Sequence record: DRR378314_1602
Reading direction: 5' to 3' (one strand)
DNA length: 54,252 nt
This document shows, one piece after another, positions 8,672 through 19,021 of the stretch. Position 1 is the first letter of the stretch. Each line of letters opens with the position of its first letter. The notes beneath the pieces were generated by a model. That model was not told the origin of the DNA and did not search any database. It was given only the letters and a program-made list of their open reading frames with translations. A program made the translations under genes and the position numbers.

Positions 8672-9820
8672 CTATCCCCCTTCAAAGGTACTGAGAACCT
8701 GCCGCGCGATGATGACTTTCTGCACATCGCTTGCGCCCTCATAGATGCGCAGGGCGCGGATTTCACGATAAAGCGATTCAACTGTTGTGCCCGAACGCAC
8801 GCCATCTCCGCCAAACAATTGTACGGCGGAATCGATGACCTGTTGCGCTTGATCGGTGGCGAACAGCTTGGCCATTGCCGCCTCGCGCGTGATACGGGGC
8901 GCTCCTGTGTCGCGTGTCCAGGCGGCGCGATACGTCAGCAGGGCGGTGGCGTCGATATCCAGCGCCATGCTGGCGATATGTCCTTGTACCATTTGCAGCT
9001 CAGCCAGCGGTACGCCTTGTATCTTGCGGGTCGTGACACGACCCAGGGCTTCGTCCAATGCACGCCGGGCAAATCCCAGCGCGGCGGCGGCCACGGTCGA
9101 GCGAAAGACATCCAGTACAGACATCGCAATCTTGAAACCCTGACCGGGTGCCCCCAGCATGGCAGAAGCGGGCAGGCGCGCATCGGTGAACCGCAACCGG
9201 GCAAGCGGGTGGGGGGCGATGGTGTCCAGCCGCTCGACCACTTCGAAACCGGCGATGTCGGGTGTCACGATAAACGCCGAAAGGCCCCGCGCCCCTGGCG
9301 CTTCGCCTGTACGGGCGAACAAGGTATAGACATCCGCGATCCCGCCGTTTGAGATCCACGTCTTTTCACCATTCAGAACAAAGCCCTGCCCATCCGGCGT
9401 GGCGGTCAGCTGAGAGGCAGCTACGTCCGAACCCGAGTTGGGTTCGGTCAGCGCAAAAGCCGAGATGGCCTGGCCCGCTCGGGTTTTTGGTAGCCAAGCA
9501 GATTTCTGGTCATCCGTGCCAAACAGTGTAATCGCGCCGGTGCCCAGCCCTTGCATGGCAAATGAGAAATCCGCCAACCCGTCATGTCGCGCCAGAATTT
9601 CGCGGGCCAGACACAGGCGGCGGACATCAAAACTGCCATCGTCAGCCGAAGTTGGGGCCAGCAGACCCGCAGATCCCAGCGACGTGACCAAATTCCGGCA
9701 AGCGGCATCGGTATCGCCATGATCAATGTCCAGCGACCCGGCGAACTCTTCCACCTGCGCGGCCCAGTCCCGGTGGTCCGGGCTAAAGAAGGGCCAGTCA
9801 AGAAAGGAACGATCCGCCAT
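8672..9820 (-). CDS. Acyl-CoA dehydrogenase
   Basis: AFALTEPNSGSD, LNGEKTWISNGG, QLFGGDG, RIYEGASDVQK. Start set at [12 protein letters not shown] (ATG overlapping the upstream stop) rather than 9952. Confidence 0.9.
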   Translation of the reverse strand: MADRSFLDWPFFSPDHRDWAAQVEEFAGSLDIDHGDTDAACRNLVTSLGSAGLLAPTSADDGSFDVRRLCLAREILARHDGLADFSFAMQGLGTGAITLFGTDDQKSAWLPKTRAGQAISAFALTEPNSGSDVAASQLTATPDGQGFVLNGEKTWISNGGIADVYTLFARTGEAPGARGLSAFIVTPDIAGFEVVERLDTIAPHPLARLRFTDARLPASAMLGAPGQGFKIAMSVLDVFRSTVAAAALGFARRALDEALGRVTTRKIQGVPLAELQMVQGHIASMALDIDATALLTYRAAWTRDTGAPRITREAAMAKLFATDQAQQVIDSAVQLFGGDGVRSGTTVESLYREIRALRIYEGASDVQKVIIARQVLSTFEGG

Positions 9821-10623
9821 CAGTCGCCCTCGAACACTGGTTTTTCCTTGGCCACGAACGCGGTGTAGGCCCGCTGGAAATCCTTGCCTTGCATGCAGAT
9901 CGCCTGTGCCTGTGCTTCGGCCTCGATGGCCTGATCCAGACTCATGTTCCATTCCTGCGCCAGCATCGTTTTGGTCATGGAGTTGGCGAAGGTCGGCCCC
10001 GACGCAATCCGTTCGGCCAGTGTGATGGCTTCGGTTTCAAGGCTCTCGGCCCCCACAATACGGTTGAAAAAACCCCAGTTGGCACCTTCCTCGGCGCTCA
10101 TGGCACGACCGGTATACAGCAACTCGGCTGCGCGCCCCTGTCCGATGATCCGGGGCAGCATGGCACAGGCCCCCATGTCGCACCCGGCCAGCCCCACGCG
10201 GTTGAACAGAAAGGCAGTTTTGGCGTCTGGTGTGGCCAGCCGCAGGTCTGATGCCATCGCCATGATCGCCCCAGCCCCGGCGCAGACGCCATCGACCGCC
10301 GCGATGATGGGTTTACCGCAATGGATCATCGCCTTGACCAGATCACCGGTCATGCGGGTAAAGGCCAGAAGTTCTTTCATCGTCATCCGGGTCAGCGGGC
10401 CGATAATGTCGTGCACATCCCCACCCGAACTGAAATTGCCGCCATTGGGCAAAATGACCACGACGTGCACATCATCGGAATAGGCGAGGGCACGGAACCA
10501 GTCGCGCAGCTCGGCGTAGCTATCGAATGTGAAGGGGTTCTTTCGATCAGGTCGGTCATGAGCAATGCGTGCGATACCGTCCCGGATGTCGCATCGAAAG
10601 TGTTTTGTCTCTGCCAGCGTCAT
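9820..10623 (-). CDS. Enoyl-CoA hydratase/crotonase family protein
   Basis: [46 protein letters not shown]. Start at ATG 10623 after GGAG. Confidence 0.9.
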   Translation of the reverse strand: MTLAETKHFRCDIRDGIARIAHDRPDRKNPFTFDSYAELRDWFRALAYSDDVHVVVILPNGGNFSSGGDVHDIIGPLTRMTMKELLAFTRMTGDLVKAMIHCGKPIIAAVDGVCAGAGAIMAMASDLRLATPDAKTAFLFNRVGLAGCDMGACAMLPRIIGQGRAAELLYTGRAMSAEEGANWGFFNRIVGAESLETEAITLAERIASGPTFANSMTKTMLAQEWNMSLDQAIEAEAQAQAICMQGKDFQRAYTAFVAKEKPVFEGD

Positions 10624-10669
10624 GTCAGCTCCTGCTTGGATCGCATCGCGCGCGTGCCACACATCATTT

Positions 10670-11389
10670 TCATACCTCACCGCCGGAAATGGCCAGCGCG
10701 TGCCCGTTGATCGAGGCCGCAGCCTGTGAAGCCAAAAACATCACGGTGCTTGCCACCTCGGACGGATCGATCAAGCGGCCTTGCGGATTGCCTGAAACCA
10801 CCTTTTGTGTCGCTGTATCACGATCCATCCCAAAGCGTGACATCAACCCTTTGATGGCGGTGTCGGCCAAATCAGTATCGGCAAAACCGGGGCAGACCGC
10901 ATTGCATGTGATACCGCGCCGTGCCACGTCCTGTGCCACGGACCGTACCAACCCCAAAACGCCGTGTTTGGCAGCGGTATAGGCCGGGATTGCGGCATTA
11001 CCCTGTAGCGATGCGGTTGAAGCCATCGCAATTAGTCGCCCACCGTCCGGCATCGTCGTCAATGCCTCGCGAAAGGTCAGGAAGGTTCCGGTCATATTCA
11101 CCAGCAGGGTGGCATTCCAATCCGCCAGCGAGGTATTGGCCAGCTTGGACGATCCGCCGCCGCCCGCATTGGCAACCACCACATCAAAGGGTGTTTCAAA
11201 AAGCGCGGCAACGTCTTCTTCCCGTGCCACGTCCGCTGTGCGGCAGGTGATCGGCCGCCCGTGCGCCGCCGTTTCCAGTACGTCAGCGCGGCGACCCGTG
11301 ATGGTCACAGCATCACCGGCATCCGAAAAGGCTTTTGCTACCGCCAGGCCAAGCCCGGTACCGCCCCCAGTTACAAGCACGCGCCTCAT
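10670..11389 (-). CDS. SDR family oxidoreductase (3-hydroxyacyl-CoA dehydrogenase-like)
   Basis: [25 protein letters not shown]. Confidence 0.9.
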   Translation of the reverse strand: MRRVLVTGGGTGLGLAVAKAFSDAGDAVTITGRRADVLETAAHGRPITCRTADVAREEDVAALFETPFDVVVANAGGGGSSKLANTSLADWNATLLVNMTGTFLTFREALTTMPDGGRLIAMASTASLQGNAAIPAYTAAKHGVLGLVRSVAQDVARRGITCNAVCPGFADTDLADTAIKGLMSRFGMDRDTATQKVVSGNPQGRLIDPSEVASTVMFLASQAAASINGHALAISGGEV

Positions 11390-11503
11390 TGGGTGTCACC
11401 GCCCGTCGAGGCGCGTCGGCGAATTCGGCCCAGGAGGTCTGAATTTGTCATTTGCCATCGGCCTCCAACATTCTTGCGGCTATTTTGGCGCAAAAGGTTA
11501 TTT

Positions 11504-11519
11504 ATTTCAAGATTGAAAT
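11504..11519. promoter_or_regulatory. Palindromic operator ATTTCAAGATTGAAAT (candidate MarR box) in the divergent promoter region
   Basis: Near-perfect 16-bp palindrome, with related copies at 11713-11728, 11855-11870, 18848-18863 and 19629-19644. Confidence 0.6.
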
Positions 11520-11919
11520 TTTATGTATAAAGTAATATTTGAGTCGTTGGGTAACAGAAGGAGGGCCAAGATGCTTTTTGAGGATATCGCCTCGGATTTG
11601 GCGGGTATCGATGTGTTGCGGCGAATGGATATTGTGTTCCCAACCAGTGTCGCGGATCATCGTACTAACGAAAGTTCTTGCGCGTGTGTTTTTGTTGAAA
11701 GCATGCTTAAAATATTCTAGCTTAAAATAGAGGAGCGAGACCAGCGGGCCTTCAGCAGAGCGCCTGCCAATACCCAGACAGAGCTGAGACAGACGAAGAT
11801 ACAAACGCAGGAAGCTGGCCGCCGATTTTCCCGGGCAACAGGGTTCGGGGCGGAAGTTTAGGCTTATCATGCCTTCGTCACCAAGCAGCCAGGGACCTTG
11901 AATTGAACGGGAGGAAGAA

Positions 11920-13080
11920 ATGCAAAAACTACTATGTGCAGCCGCGTGTGCTGCGTCGATGATCGGTCCGGCACTGGCGCAGGATCTCAAGATCGGGGTT
12001 GTCGTGCCGCTGTCAGGCCCGCCAGCCGTTTTGGGGAAACAGGTTGAAGACGCGTTCCGTCTTGCCGTCGAAGATATGAACGGTGAAGTCGGTGGTGTTT
12101 CGACCGAGGTTTTCGTCGTCGATTCCGAGTTAAAGCCCGAAGTTGCGTTGACTCGGGTCAAAGGTCTGCTTGAACGGGATGAGGTCGATTTTGTCGTCGG
12201 GACTGTGTTCTCGAACGTGCTGGGCGCGATCGTTAAACCCGTGACTAAATCCGAGACATTTCTGATCAGCCCGAACGCAGGGCCGTCGACCTTGGCCGGG
12301 CGTAATTGCAACCCGTTCTTCTTTTCGACCTCTTACCAGAACAACCAGAATTTCGAAGTTCTAGGCAAGCATGCGCAAGATCAGGGGATCAAGAGCGTGT
12401 TCATGATGACGCCCAACTATCAGGCTGGGCGTGATGCGGTCGAAGGGTTCAAGAAGTTCTACGAGGGTGAGATTACGAACGAGGTCTACACGCCACTGGG
12501 GCATCAGGATTTCTCGGCTGAGATTGCGGAAATGTCTGAAGCCGGGGCCGAAGCGTTGTTCACCTTTATGCCGGGCGGCATGGGCGTGCGGTTTGTCAAA
12601 CAGTATCGCGAGTCTGGTTTGGCTGACAAAATGACCTTCTTGTCGGCTTTCACCGTCGATGAGGCCACGTTGCCTGCTCAGCAAGATGCTGCATTGGGCT
12701 TTTTCGGAGCAACAAGCTGGGCACCCAGCCTCGATCTGCCCAGAAGTCAGGAATTCGTAGCCCGCTTCGAAGAGAAGTACGGCTATATCCCTGGCGGGTT
12801 TGCGATGCAGGCGTATGACGCGGCGCTGCTGATCGACAGCGCGGTACGTGCGGTTGGCGGTAACCTTGAAGACAAAGACGCCCTGCGCGGAGCCTTGGAG
12901 GCTGCAGATTTTGAATCGCTGCGCGGTAACTTCGCGTTTAACAACAACCACTTCCCAATTCAGGACTTCTATCTGCTACGCGTTGCGCAGCGCGAAGACG
13001 GCAAATTCTGGACTGAAGTAGAGTCAAAGGTGTTCGAAGACTACTCAGACAGCTTTGCCCAAGACTGCAAAATGAAGTGA
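11920..13080 (+). CDS. ABC transporter substrate-binding protein (branched-chain/aromatic acid PBP1 family)
   Basis: Signal peptide, LKIGVVVPLSGP, ISPNAGPS, strong RBS GGGAGG. Confidence 0.9.
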   Translation: MQKLLCAAACAASMIGPALAQDLKIGVVVPLSGPPAVLGKQVEDAFRLAVEDMNGEVGGVSTEVFVVDSELKPEVALTRVKGLLERDEVDFVVGTVFSNVLGAIVKPVTKSETFLISPNAGPSTLAGRNCNPFFFSTSYQNNQNFEVLGKHAQDQGIKSVFMMTPNYQAGRDAVEGFKKFYEGEITNEVYTPLGHQDFSAEIAEMSEAGAEALFTFMPGGMGVRFVKQYRESGLADKMTFLSAFTVDEATLPAQQDAALGFFGATSWAPSLDLPRSQEFVARFEEKYGYIPGGFAMQAYDAALLIDSAVRAVGGNLEDKDALRGALEAADFESLRGNFAFNNNHFPIQDFYLLRVAQREDGKFWTEVESKVFEDYSDSFAQDCKMK

Positions 13081-13108
13081 GCGATCCCGTCAGGCTGGGC
13101 TGCATCCG

Positions 13109-14038
13109 ATGAACTCGACTATTCTGCTCATCCAACTGCTCAATGGCGTTCAGTTCGGCGTTCTGCTGTTTCTGATCGCCGCTGGCCTGACACTTGTGTT
13201 TGGCGTCATGGGCTTCATCAACCTTGCCCATGGCGTCCAATACATGATCGGTGCCTATCTGACCTTCATGTATTATAGCTGGACCAATCACTTTCTGGCG
13301 GCTTTGGCCCTGGGGTTGGTCACCGCTCTGGTTCTTGGACTGCTGTTGGAAGAGCTAATCTTTCGACATCTATACACACGAGACCACTTGGACCAGGTTC
13401 TGGCGACTTTTGGCATTATTCTGTTCGTCAACGAACTGGTTAAGGTGATCTGGGGGCCCGGCACATTGACTTTGCCGACACCTGAAATCCTGTCGGGTTC
13501 GATCCAACTGACAGAAAACCTGAAATACCCGGTTTATCGGCTTGCGCTGATTGCCATCGGTCTTTTTGTTGCGCTCTGTCTGTATGTGATCGTCACAAAA
13601 ACCCGTGTCGGCATGTTGATCCGGGCCGGGGCAAGCGACTCGGAAACCGTGAATGCGCTTGGTGTAAATATCAGCCGCCTGTTCATGATCGTCTTCGGTT
13701 TTGGCGCGATGCTGGCCGGGCTGGCGGGAGCACTGGCAGCGCCAATTTTCACCATTGAGCCGGGGATGGGTGACAATCTTTTGATCGTCGCTTTCGTGGT
13801 GATCATCATCGGTGGCATCGGTTCGATCCGGGGAGCCTTCATTGCGGCCCTTCTGGTCGGCGTTCTTGATACGTTGGGCCGGACGATAGCGACCGATGCC
13901 ATGGGGCTAATCTTCGATGCCTCTGCCGCAAATCAAATTGGTCCTTCAATTGCCTCGATGCTGATTTACCTGTTCATGGCCACTATCCTGTTTTTCAAAC
14001 CACAAGGTCTGTTTCCGGCGCAAGGGGGCGCGAGATGA
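13109..14038 (+). CDS. ABC permease (LivH-like)
   Basis: GLTLVFGVMGFINLAHG, GGIGSIRGA, KPQGLF. Confidence 0.9.
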   Translation: MNSTILLIQLLNGVQFGVLLFLIAAGLTLVFGVMGFINLAHGVQYMIGAYLTFMYYSWTNHFLAALALGLVTALVLGLLLEELIFRHLYTRDHLDQVLATFGIILFVNELVKVIWGPGTLTLPTPEILSGSIQLTENLKYPVYRLALIAIGLFVALCLYVIVTKTRVGMLIRAGASDSETVNALGVNISRLFMIVFGFGAMLAGLAGALAAPIFTIEPGMGDNLLIVAFVVIIIGGIGSIRGAFIAALLVGVLDTLGRTIATDAMGLIFDASAANQIGPSIASMLIYLFMATILFFKPQGLFPAQGGAR

Positions 14039-15021
14039 GCGAACTTCCCGTGCCGGACCTGGCCCCTGTAAACCGCGGACCGTTGGATCGGTCCTTGATG
14101 ATTGGCCTGATCGTTCTTGGTTTGTTAGCAATTATGCCGTTACTCAGCCCGATTTTGGGCGGTGATTATATGCTGAGCCTCGTGATCAAGGCTATGATCT
14201 TTGCCATTGCGGCCATCTCGCTGGACCTGGTGTTGGGCTATGGCGGAATGGTCAGTTTCGGGCACGCGGTATTTTTGGGGATTGGGGCATATGTCACCGG
14301 CATCGCCCTGCAAGAAGGTGTGTATGGCGCTTTCCCAATCCTTGCCCTTGTCCTTTTGATTTCAGGTGCTTTCGCCTTGATCACAGGGGCGATTTCGCTG
14401 CGGACCACGGGTGTCTATTTCATCATGATCACGTTGGCTTTTGCACAAATGGTGTATTTCTCGCTGACCTCATTGTCCTACTACGGCGGAGATGACGGGC
14501 TGACACTGTGGGACACGCCCGAAGTGTTCGGGATGTACCTGTTTCAAACAGGATCGGGCCTATTTTACTCGACTCTCGTGCTGTTGGCGCTGATATGGTT
14601 TTTCGTGTGGCGACTGGCGATGTCGCGGTTCGGGCGCGTGTTGAGGGCTGCCAAGCAAAACCCAACGCGTGTGGGATCATTAGGATATAACGTCTTCGTT
14701 TACCGTCTGATTGCCTATGTCATCTCGGGGATGCTTGCAGGTGTCGCGGGCTTTTTGTTGGCTTGCCAAGCTGAATTCATCAGCCCCTCAACCACGTCGT
14801 GGCAGATTTCGGGACATTTGATCATCATGGTTGTTCTGGGGGGATTGGCAACACGGAACGGCCCCCTGCTGGGCGCGCTCTTTGTCGTTTTGATCGAAGA
14901 AATCCTGTCGCAGATCACCCATGATTGGCGGCTGATTTTCGGACCCCTTCTGGTTCTGATCGTATTGTTTTCGAAAGGCGGACTTGCAGGATTACTCAAA
15001 AACAAGAGTGCGACCGGATGA
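14035..15021 (+). CDS. ABC permease (LivM-like)
   Basis: GYGGMVSFGHA, GVYFIMITLAFAQ, SRFGRVL. Confidence 0.9.
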   Translation: MSELPVPDLAPVNRGPLDRSLMIGLIVLGLLAIMPLLSPILGGDYMLSLVIKAMIFAIAAISLDLVLGYGGMVSFGHAVFLGIGAYVTGIALQEGVYGAFPILALVLLISGAFALITGAISLRTTGVYFIMITLAFAQMVYFSLTSLSYYGGDDGLTLWDTPEVFGMYLFQTGSGLFYSTLVLLALIWFFVWRLAMSRFGRVLRAAKQNPTRVGSLGYNVFVYRLIAYVISGMLAGVAGFLLACQAEFISPSTTSWQISGHLIIMVVLGGLATRNGPLLGALFVVLIEEILSQITHDWRLIFGPLLVLIVLFSKGGLAGLLKNKSATG

Positions 15022-15767
15022 GCGCCGTTTTGACAGTTGAGGGACTTTCGAAGTCATTTGGGTCTCTGAAGGTCACGCGCGATGTGACACTAGAGCTGCA
15101 CACTGGGGAATGCCACGCGCTGATCGGGCCGAATGGCGCAGGCAAAACGACGCTAATCAATCTGATTACAGGTATTCTGCCAGCTGAGTCTGGGCGAATT
15201 ACGCTGAATGGTCAGGATCTTTCCGACCTTCCGATGCACCAACGCGCGGCGGCGGGTTTGGGGCGCACATTCCAGATCACTTCGATCTTTCCAGATTTCT
15301 CTGCGCTGGAGAACGTGGCGCTTGCGGCACAATCCAGTGACGGCCGTGGCATGGGCTTCTGGCGCATTGCCGCGTGCGATTCCGGGCTGAATGCAAAGGC
15401 AGCTGATGCATTGGACATGATTGGTTTGGGGGCACGAAAAGACGCACGCGGTGCGGACATGTCGCACGGTGAACACAGGCTATTAGAGCTTGCCATGGCA
15501 GTGGTCACAAACCCCGATGCTTTACTTTTAGACGAGCCGATGGCGGGTCTGGGCCGGGCTGAGAGCGAAGAACTGGTTGATACCTTGCGAAGCCTGAAGG
15601 CACAGGTGCCGCTGCTGATGGTAGAACATGACATGGAGGCCGTCTTTAGCATGGCGGATCGCATTTCGGTGTTGGAAAGTGGTCAGATCGTTGCAGCAGG
15701 CACGCCAGAACAGGTGCGCAGCGACCCACAGGCCCGCGCGGCCTATCTGGGAGAGGAGGCAGTATGA
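15018..15767 (+). CDS. ABC ATP-binding protein (LivG-like)
   Basis: GPNGAGKTT, LLLDEP, VEHDM; the ATG at 15018 overlaps the upstream stop. Confidence 0.9.
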   Translation: MSAVLTVEGLSKSFGSLKVTRDVTLELHTGECHALIGPNGAGKTTLINLITGILPAESGRITLNGQDLSDLPMHQRAAAGLGRTFQITSIFPDFSALENVALAAQSSDGRGMGFWRIAACDSGLNAKAADALDMIGLGARKDARGADMSHGEHRLLELAMAVVTNPDALLLDEPMAGLGRAESEELVDTLRSLKAQVPLLMVEHDMEAVFSMADRISVLESGQIVAAGTPEQVRSDPQARAAYLGEEAV

Positions 15768-16459
15768 GCCTGCTGGAACTCAAAGGCCTTGAAGCAGGCT
15801 ATGGCTATTCGCAAATTCTGTTCGGGGTCGACCTGAAACTGGAACGTGGTGAGGCGGCAACCCTTATGGGGCGCAACGGGATGGGCAAAACCACAACCGT
15901 ACGCTCGATCATGGGTCTGTTAAAGCCTCAGGCCGGAGAGATCCGGTTTGACGGCCACCCCATCACCGGGCTTGCCGCTTACAAGGTCGGTCGGGCGGGG
16001 GTCGGTTTGGTCCCTGAAGGACGCCGGATTTTTCCGACGCTGACGGTCGAAGAAAATCTACGCGCTTTTGCCCGCTCGCGCGGGAATTGGACCTTGCGCA
16101 AGGTCTATGACTTCTTCCCGCGTCTTGAGGAACGAAAGGTCAATCTGGGGTCCCAGCTGTCCGGCGGCGAACAGCAGATGCTTGCCATTGGTCGGGCATT
16201 GATGACCAACCCGTCCCTTTTGATCCTGGATGAGGCGACAGAAGGTCTTGCACCCCTGATCCGTAAGGAGATCTGGGAAAAGCTGGCAGCACTCAAGGCC
16301 GAAGGCCTGGCGATCCTGCTGATCGATAAGGACATCGCGGCAATGTCGAAATTCGTGGACCACCACACCCTTTTGAACAAGGGCGAGGTGGTCTGGTCCG
16401 GGACAACTGAAGCCCTGACAAACGACATGGAGGTTGTGAATTCTTACATGCACCTCTGA
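15764..16459 (+). CDS. ABC ATP-binding protein (LivF-like)
   Basis: GRNGMGKTT, LSGGEQQ, LILDE. Confidence 0.9.
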   Translation: MSLLELKGLEAGYGYSQILFGVDLKLERGEAATLMGRNGMGKTTTVRSIMGLLKPQAGEIRFDGHPITGLAAYKVGRAGVGLVPEGRRIFPTLTVEENLRAFARSRGNWTLRKVYDFFPRLEERKVNLGSQLSGGEQQMLAIGRALMTNPSLLILDEATEGLAPLIRKEIWEKLAALKAEGLAILLIDKDIAAMSKFVDHHTLLNKGEVVWSGTTEALTNDMEVVNSYMHL

Positions 16460-16516
16460 TCGCAGGTGACATCATTTGGGACATTAATGAAAAACTACAA
16501 CAGGAAGGAAGATGCC

Positions 16517-16972
16517 ATGAATGAGATGCCTGCCGGGATTATGCCCGCCCGCGACGGAATTGAAGGGATCAGCTGGGACATCCTTGGTCAGACCTACGTT
16601 CCCAAACAGCTGTGCGAGTCCTCGTTTTCATGGCACGCGACTTTCCCGCCGGAAACCTTTGTGCCGCCCCATATCCACCCAACACAAGATGAGTTCCTGT
16701 ATATTCTCGAAGGGCGGTTCGACTTCATTCTCGACGGGGCCGAACGCTTCGCAGAACCGGGTGATCTGGTGCACATGCCGCGCGGGACACCGCACGGTAT
16801 CTTCAACAAGACGGATACCACGATCAAAACGCTGTTTTGGGTTTCACCCGCGCGCAGATTGTATGACCTGTTCTGGGCGATCCACAATCTTGGGCCAAAT
16901 CCCGACCCGGCAAATCTGGTTGCGCTGTCTGCTGAACACGAGATCGACTTTTTACCCCCGGAAGACGCATAA
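16517..16972 (+). CDS. Cupin domain protein (metal-binding, dioxygenase-like)
   Basis: Cupin motifs PPHIHPTQDEFLYILEG and PGDLVHMPRGTPHG; start at ATG 16517 after AGGAAGG. Confidence 0.85.
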   Translation: MNEMPAGIMPARDGIEGISWDILGQTYVPKQLCESSFSWHATFPPETFVPPHIHPTQDEFLYILEGRFDFILDGAERFAEPGDLVHMPRGTPHGIFNKTDTTIKTLFWVSPARRLYDLFWAIHNLGPNPDPANLVALSAEHEIDFLPPEDA

Positions 16973-16985
16973 GAAAGGGCAACTT

Positions 16986-18233
16986 ATGAAAGTTCTTATC
17001 GCGGGCGCAGGTATCGGCGGGCTGACAACCGCATTGATGCTTCATAAGCGAGGCATCAAATCGCGACTGTTCGAACGGGCGAAGGAAGTGCGAGAGCTTG
17101 GCGTTGGCATCAACACATTGCCACACGCCATCCGTGAACTGGCCGAGCTTGATCTGCTGGATCGGTTGGACGACGTTGGCGTTCGCACGCGCGAGCTGCG
17201 ATACATCACGAAGCAAGGACAGGCTGTCTGGACCGAATTGCGCGGCACATACGCGGGGCACGACATTCCACAATTTTCGATCCATCGCGGGCGCCTGCAG
17301 AAAGTTCTCTTTGATGCGGTGATCGAACGCTTGGGCCCTGATGCGGTCGCAACCGGAGCAGAATTGGCCGGGTTCTTTCAGGACGAAGGCGGAGTAACCG
17401 TTCAGTTCCGCGACAGCATCGAAGGTGGGCCAAGCCGTGTCGAACGCGGTGAGGTTTTGATCTGCGCTGATGGCATCCATAGTGCCGGCCGCAAGGCTTT
17501 CTATCCAAACGAAGGTCCGCCCAGTTGGAATGGGGTGGCTATGTGGCGTGGCGCGGTGGAATGGCCGATCTGGGAAGATGGGCAAACCATGGTGATCGCC
17601 GGGGGGATGTCGGGCAAGCTGGCGCTTTATCCGATTTCAAAACCCGTGGACGGCAAGCAACTAATGAACTGGGTCGTCGCCGTACGTGTTGCCGATGGCG
17701 AGAAAACCTCGCCCCCCGAAAACAGCTGGTCCAAGATGGTGCCGCTTAGCACGGTTTTACCACATGCCAGACGGTTTTCGGTGCCCGGTTTTGATCTGGA
17801 AGGGTTGGTGCGCGCGACGCCTGCGGTTTTCGAATATCCGATGGCCGACCGCGATCCGCTGCCACGCTGGACCCACGGTCGGATCACGCTTTTGGGTGAT
17901 GCGGCGCATCCCATGTATCCGGTCGGCTCGAACGGGGCGTCGCAGGCCATACTGGATGCGCGTTTCTTAAGTGACGCATTGGTCAGTGCGCCACATCCGC
18001 GCGAGGCTTTGTACCGTTATGATCAGGAACGACGCCCAAAGACCGCGGAAATAGTTCGATTGAATCGCAAAGGTGGCCCCGAACGTGTCATTGATGAGGT
18101 GGAAAAGCTGTGCCCGACCACGTTCAACAAAATCGAGGATGTGATGAGCCACGCCCAGCTTGAGGCCATTGTGAAAGGTTATGCCGGTACAGCCGGATAT
18201 TCCGTGGATCAGACCGGCTTGAAACGTGTCTGA
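16986..18233 (+). CDS. FAD-dependent monooxygenase (class A, PhzS/salicylate-hydroxylase-like)
   Basis: GAGIGG, ELGVGIN, IHRGRL, ADGIHS, LLGDAAHPMYPVGSNGASQAILDA; start MKVLIAG at 16986. Confidence 0.9.
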   Translation: MKVLIAGAGIGGLTTALMLHKRGIKSRLFERAKEVRELGVGINTLPHAIRELAELDLLDRLDDVGVRTRELRYITKQGQAVWTELRGTYAGHDIPQFSIHRGRLQKVLFDAVIERLGPDAVATGAELAGFFQDEGGVTVQFRDSIEGGPSRVERGEVLICADGIHSAGRKAFYPNEGPPSWNGVAMWRGAVEWPIWEDGQTMVIAGGMSGKLALYPISKPVDGKQLMNWVVAVRVADGEKTSPPENSWSKMVPLSTVLPHARRFSVPGFDLEGLVRATPAVFEYPMADRDPLPRWTHGRITLLGDAAHPMYPVGSNGASQAILDARFLSDALVSAPHPREALYRYDQERRPKTAEIVRLNRKGGPERVIDEVEKLCPTTFNKIEDVMSHAQLEAIVKGYAGTAGYSVDQTGLKRV

Positions 18234-18262
18234 GGGGCTCAGGGCTGGTGGAGATCCAGTGA

Positions 18263-18739
18263 TTACCGAGCCTGCCGCGCCTCCATCCCCTGAATGAAAC
18301 CCAGCAGATGCTCTTCCAGATGTTCTGCTTCATCGGTGCTGACGTCCTGAAGCAATTCGTCGATCCAGCATTTATGCGCTGCGGCTTGCCGTTCGAACTC
18401 CTGCAAGCCGCGTTCGGTCAGGCAAACTCGCAATGCCCGACGATCCCCTTCGACTGCAGTGCGTTCCACCAGCCCTTCGCTGGTCAACCGATCGACGATG
18501 CCGGTAACATTTCCGTTCGATACCCGTAGCACATCTGAAATCTGGCTCATCTTCAGCCCGTCCATATGCCGCGAAAGCGCAACCATAACGTCGAACCGAG
18601 GCAGAGTGGTGTTAAATTCGCGTTTCAGATTGGTTCTGATCTGCGCTTCGATCATGCGGGACGTTTTGAGGAACCTGAGCCATAGCCGCAGTTTCTCTTT
18701 GCCATCGCCGGGTTGAGAAGGGCCTGTTTCCAATTTCAT
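18263..18739 (-). CDS. MarR family transcriptional regulator
   Basis: LRLWLRFL, TTLPRFDVM, VSNGNVTGIVDRL, DRRA. Confidence 0.9.
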   Translation of the reverse strand: MKLETGPSQPGDGKEKLRLWLRFLKTSRMIEAQIRTNLKREFNTTLPRFDVMVALSRHMDGLKMSQISDVLRVSNGNVTGIVDRLTSEGLVERTAVEGDRRALRVCLTERGLQEFERQAAAHKCWIDELLQDVSTDEAEHLEEHLLGFIQGMEARQAR

Positions 18740-19021
18740 TTCCCTGACATTTTCCCGGATATTACGCTGACATAGCCGCAGAAATGCTGGCTTTTTGTCA
18801 CCGTAGGCCGCCTGTTTTGGATATCGCGAATTAAATACAGCATTAAATGTTAATGCCTAAACTATCAATACTGAAGCAAACCGAAAGAATCAATGTGGTA
18901 TTGTCTTGCTGGATGTAACGGATCATTCGCCAATTGATGTTTTCAGCGGCAATTTTGACTGCGCCTATGGCGGAGCAATCGCTCATTCTGTCGCGCAACA
19001 CTGGACGCAGGTTCTAACCTG

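Noticed and set aside
9821-9952. N-terminal extension of the acyl-CoA dehydrogenase in the ORF track (similar extensions at 14925, 16521, 23496, 29625, 41908, 48091)
   Set aside because: These extensions overlap upstream genes. Downstream ATGs with an RBS or stop/start coupling match the family N-termini.
11730-11919. Long leader before the ABC binding protein as a riboswitch
   Set aside because: No recognisable riboswitch consensus; an Rfam/Infernal scan would be needed.
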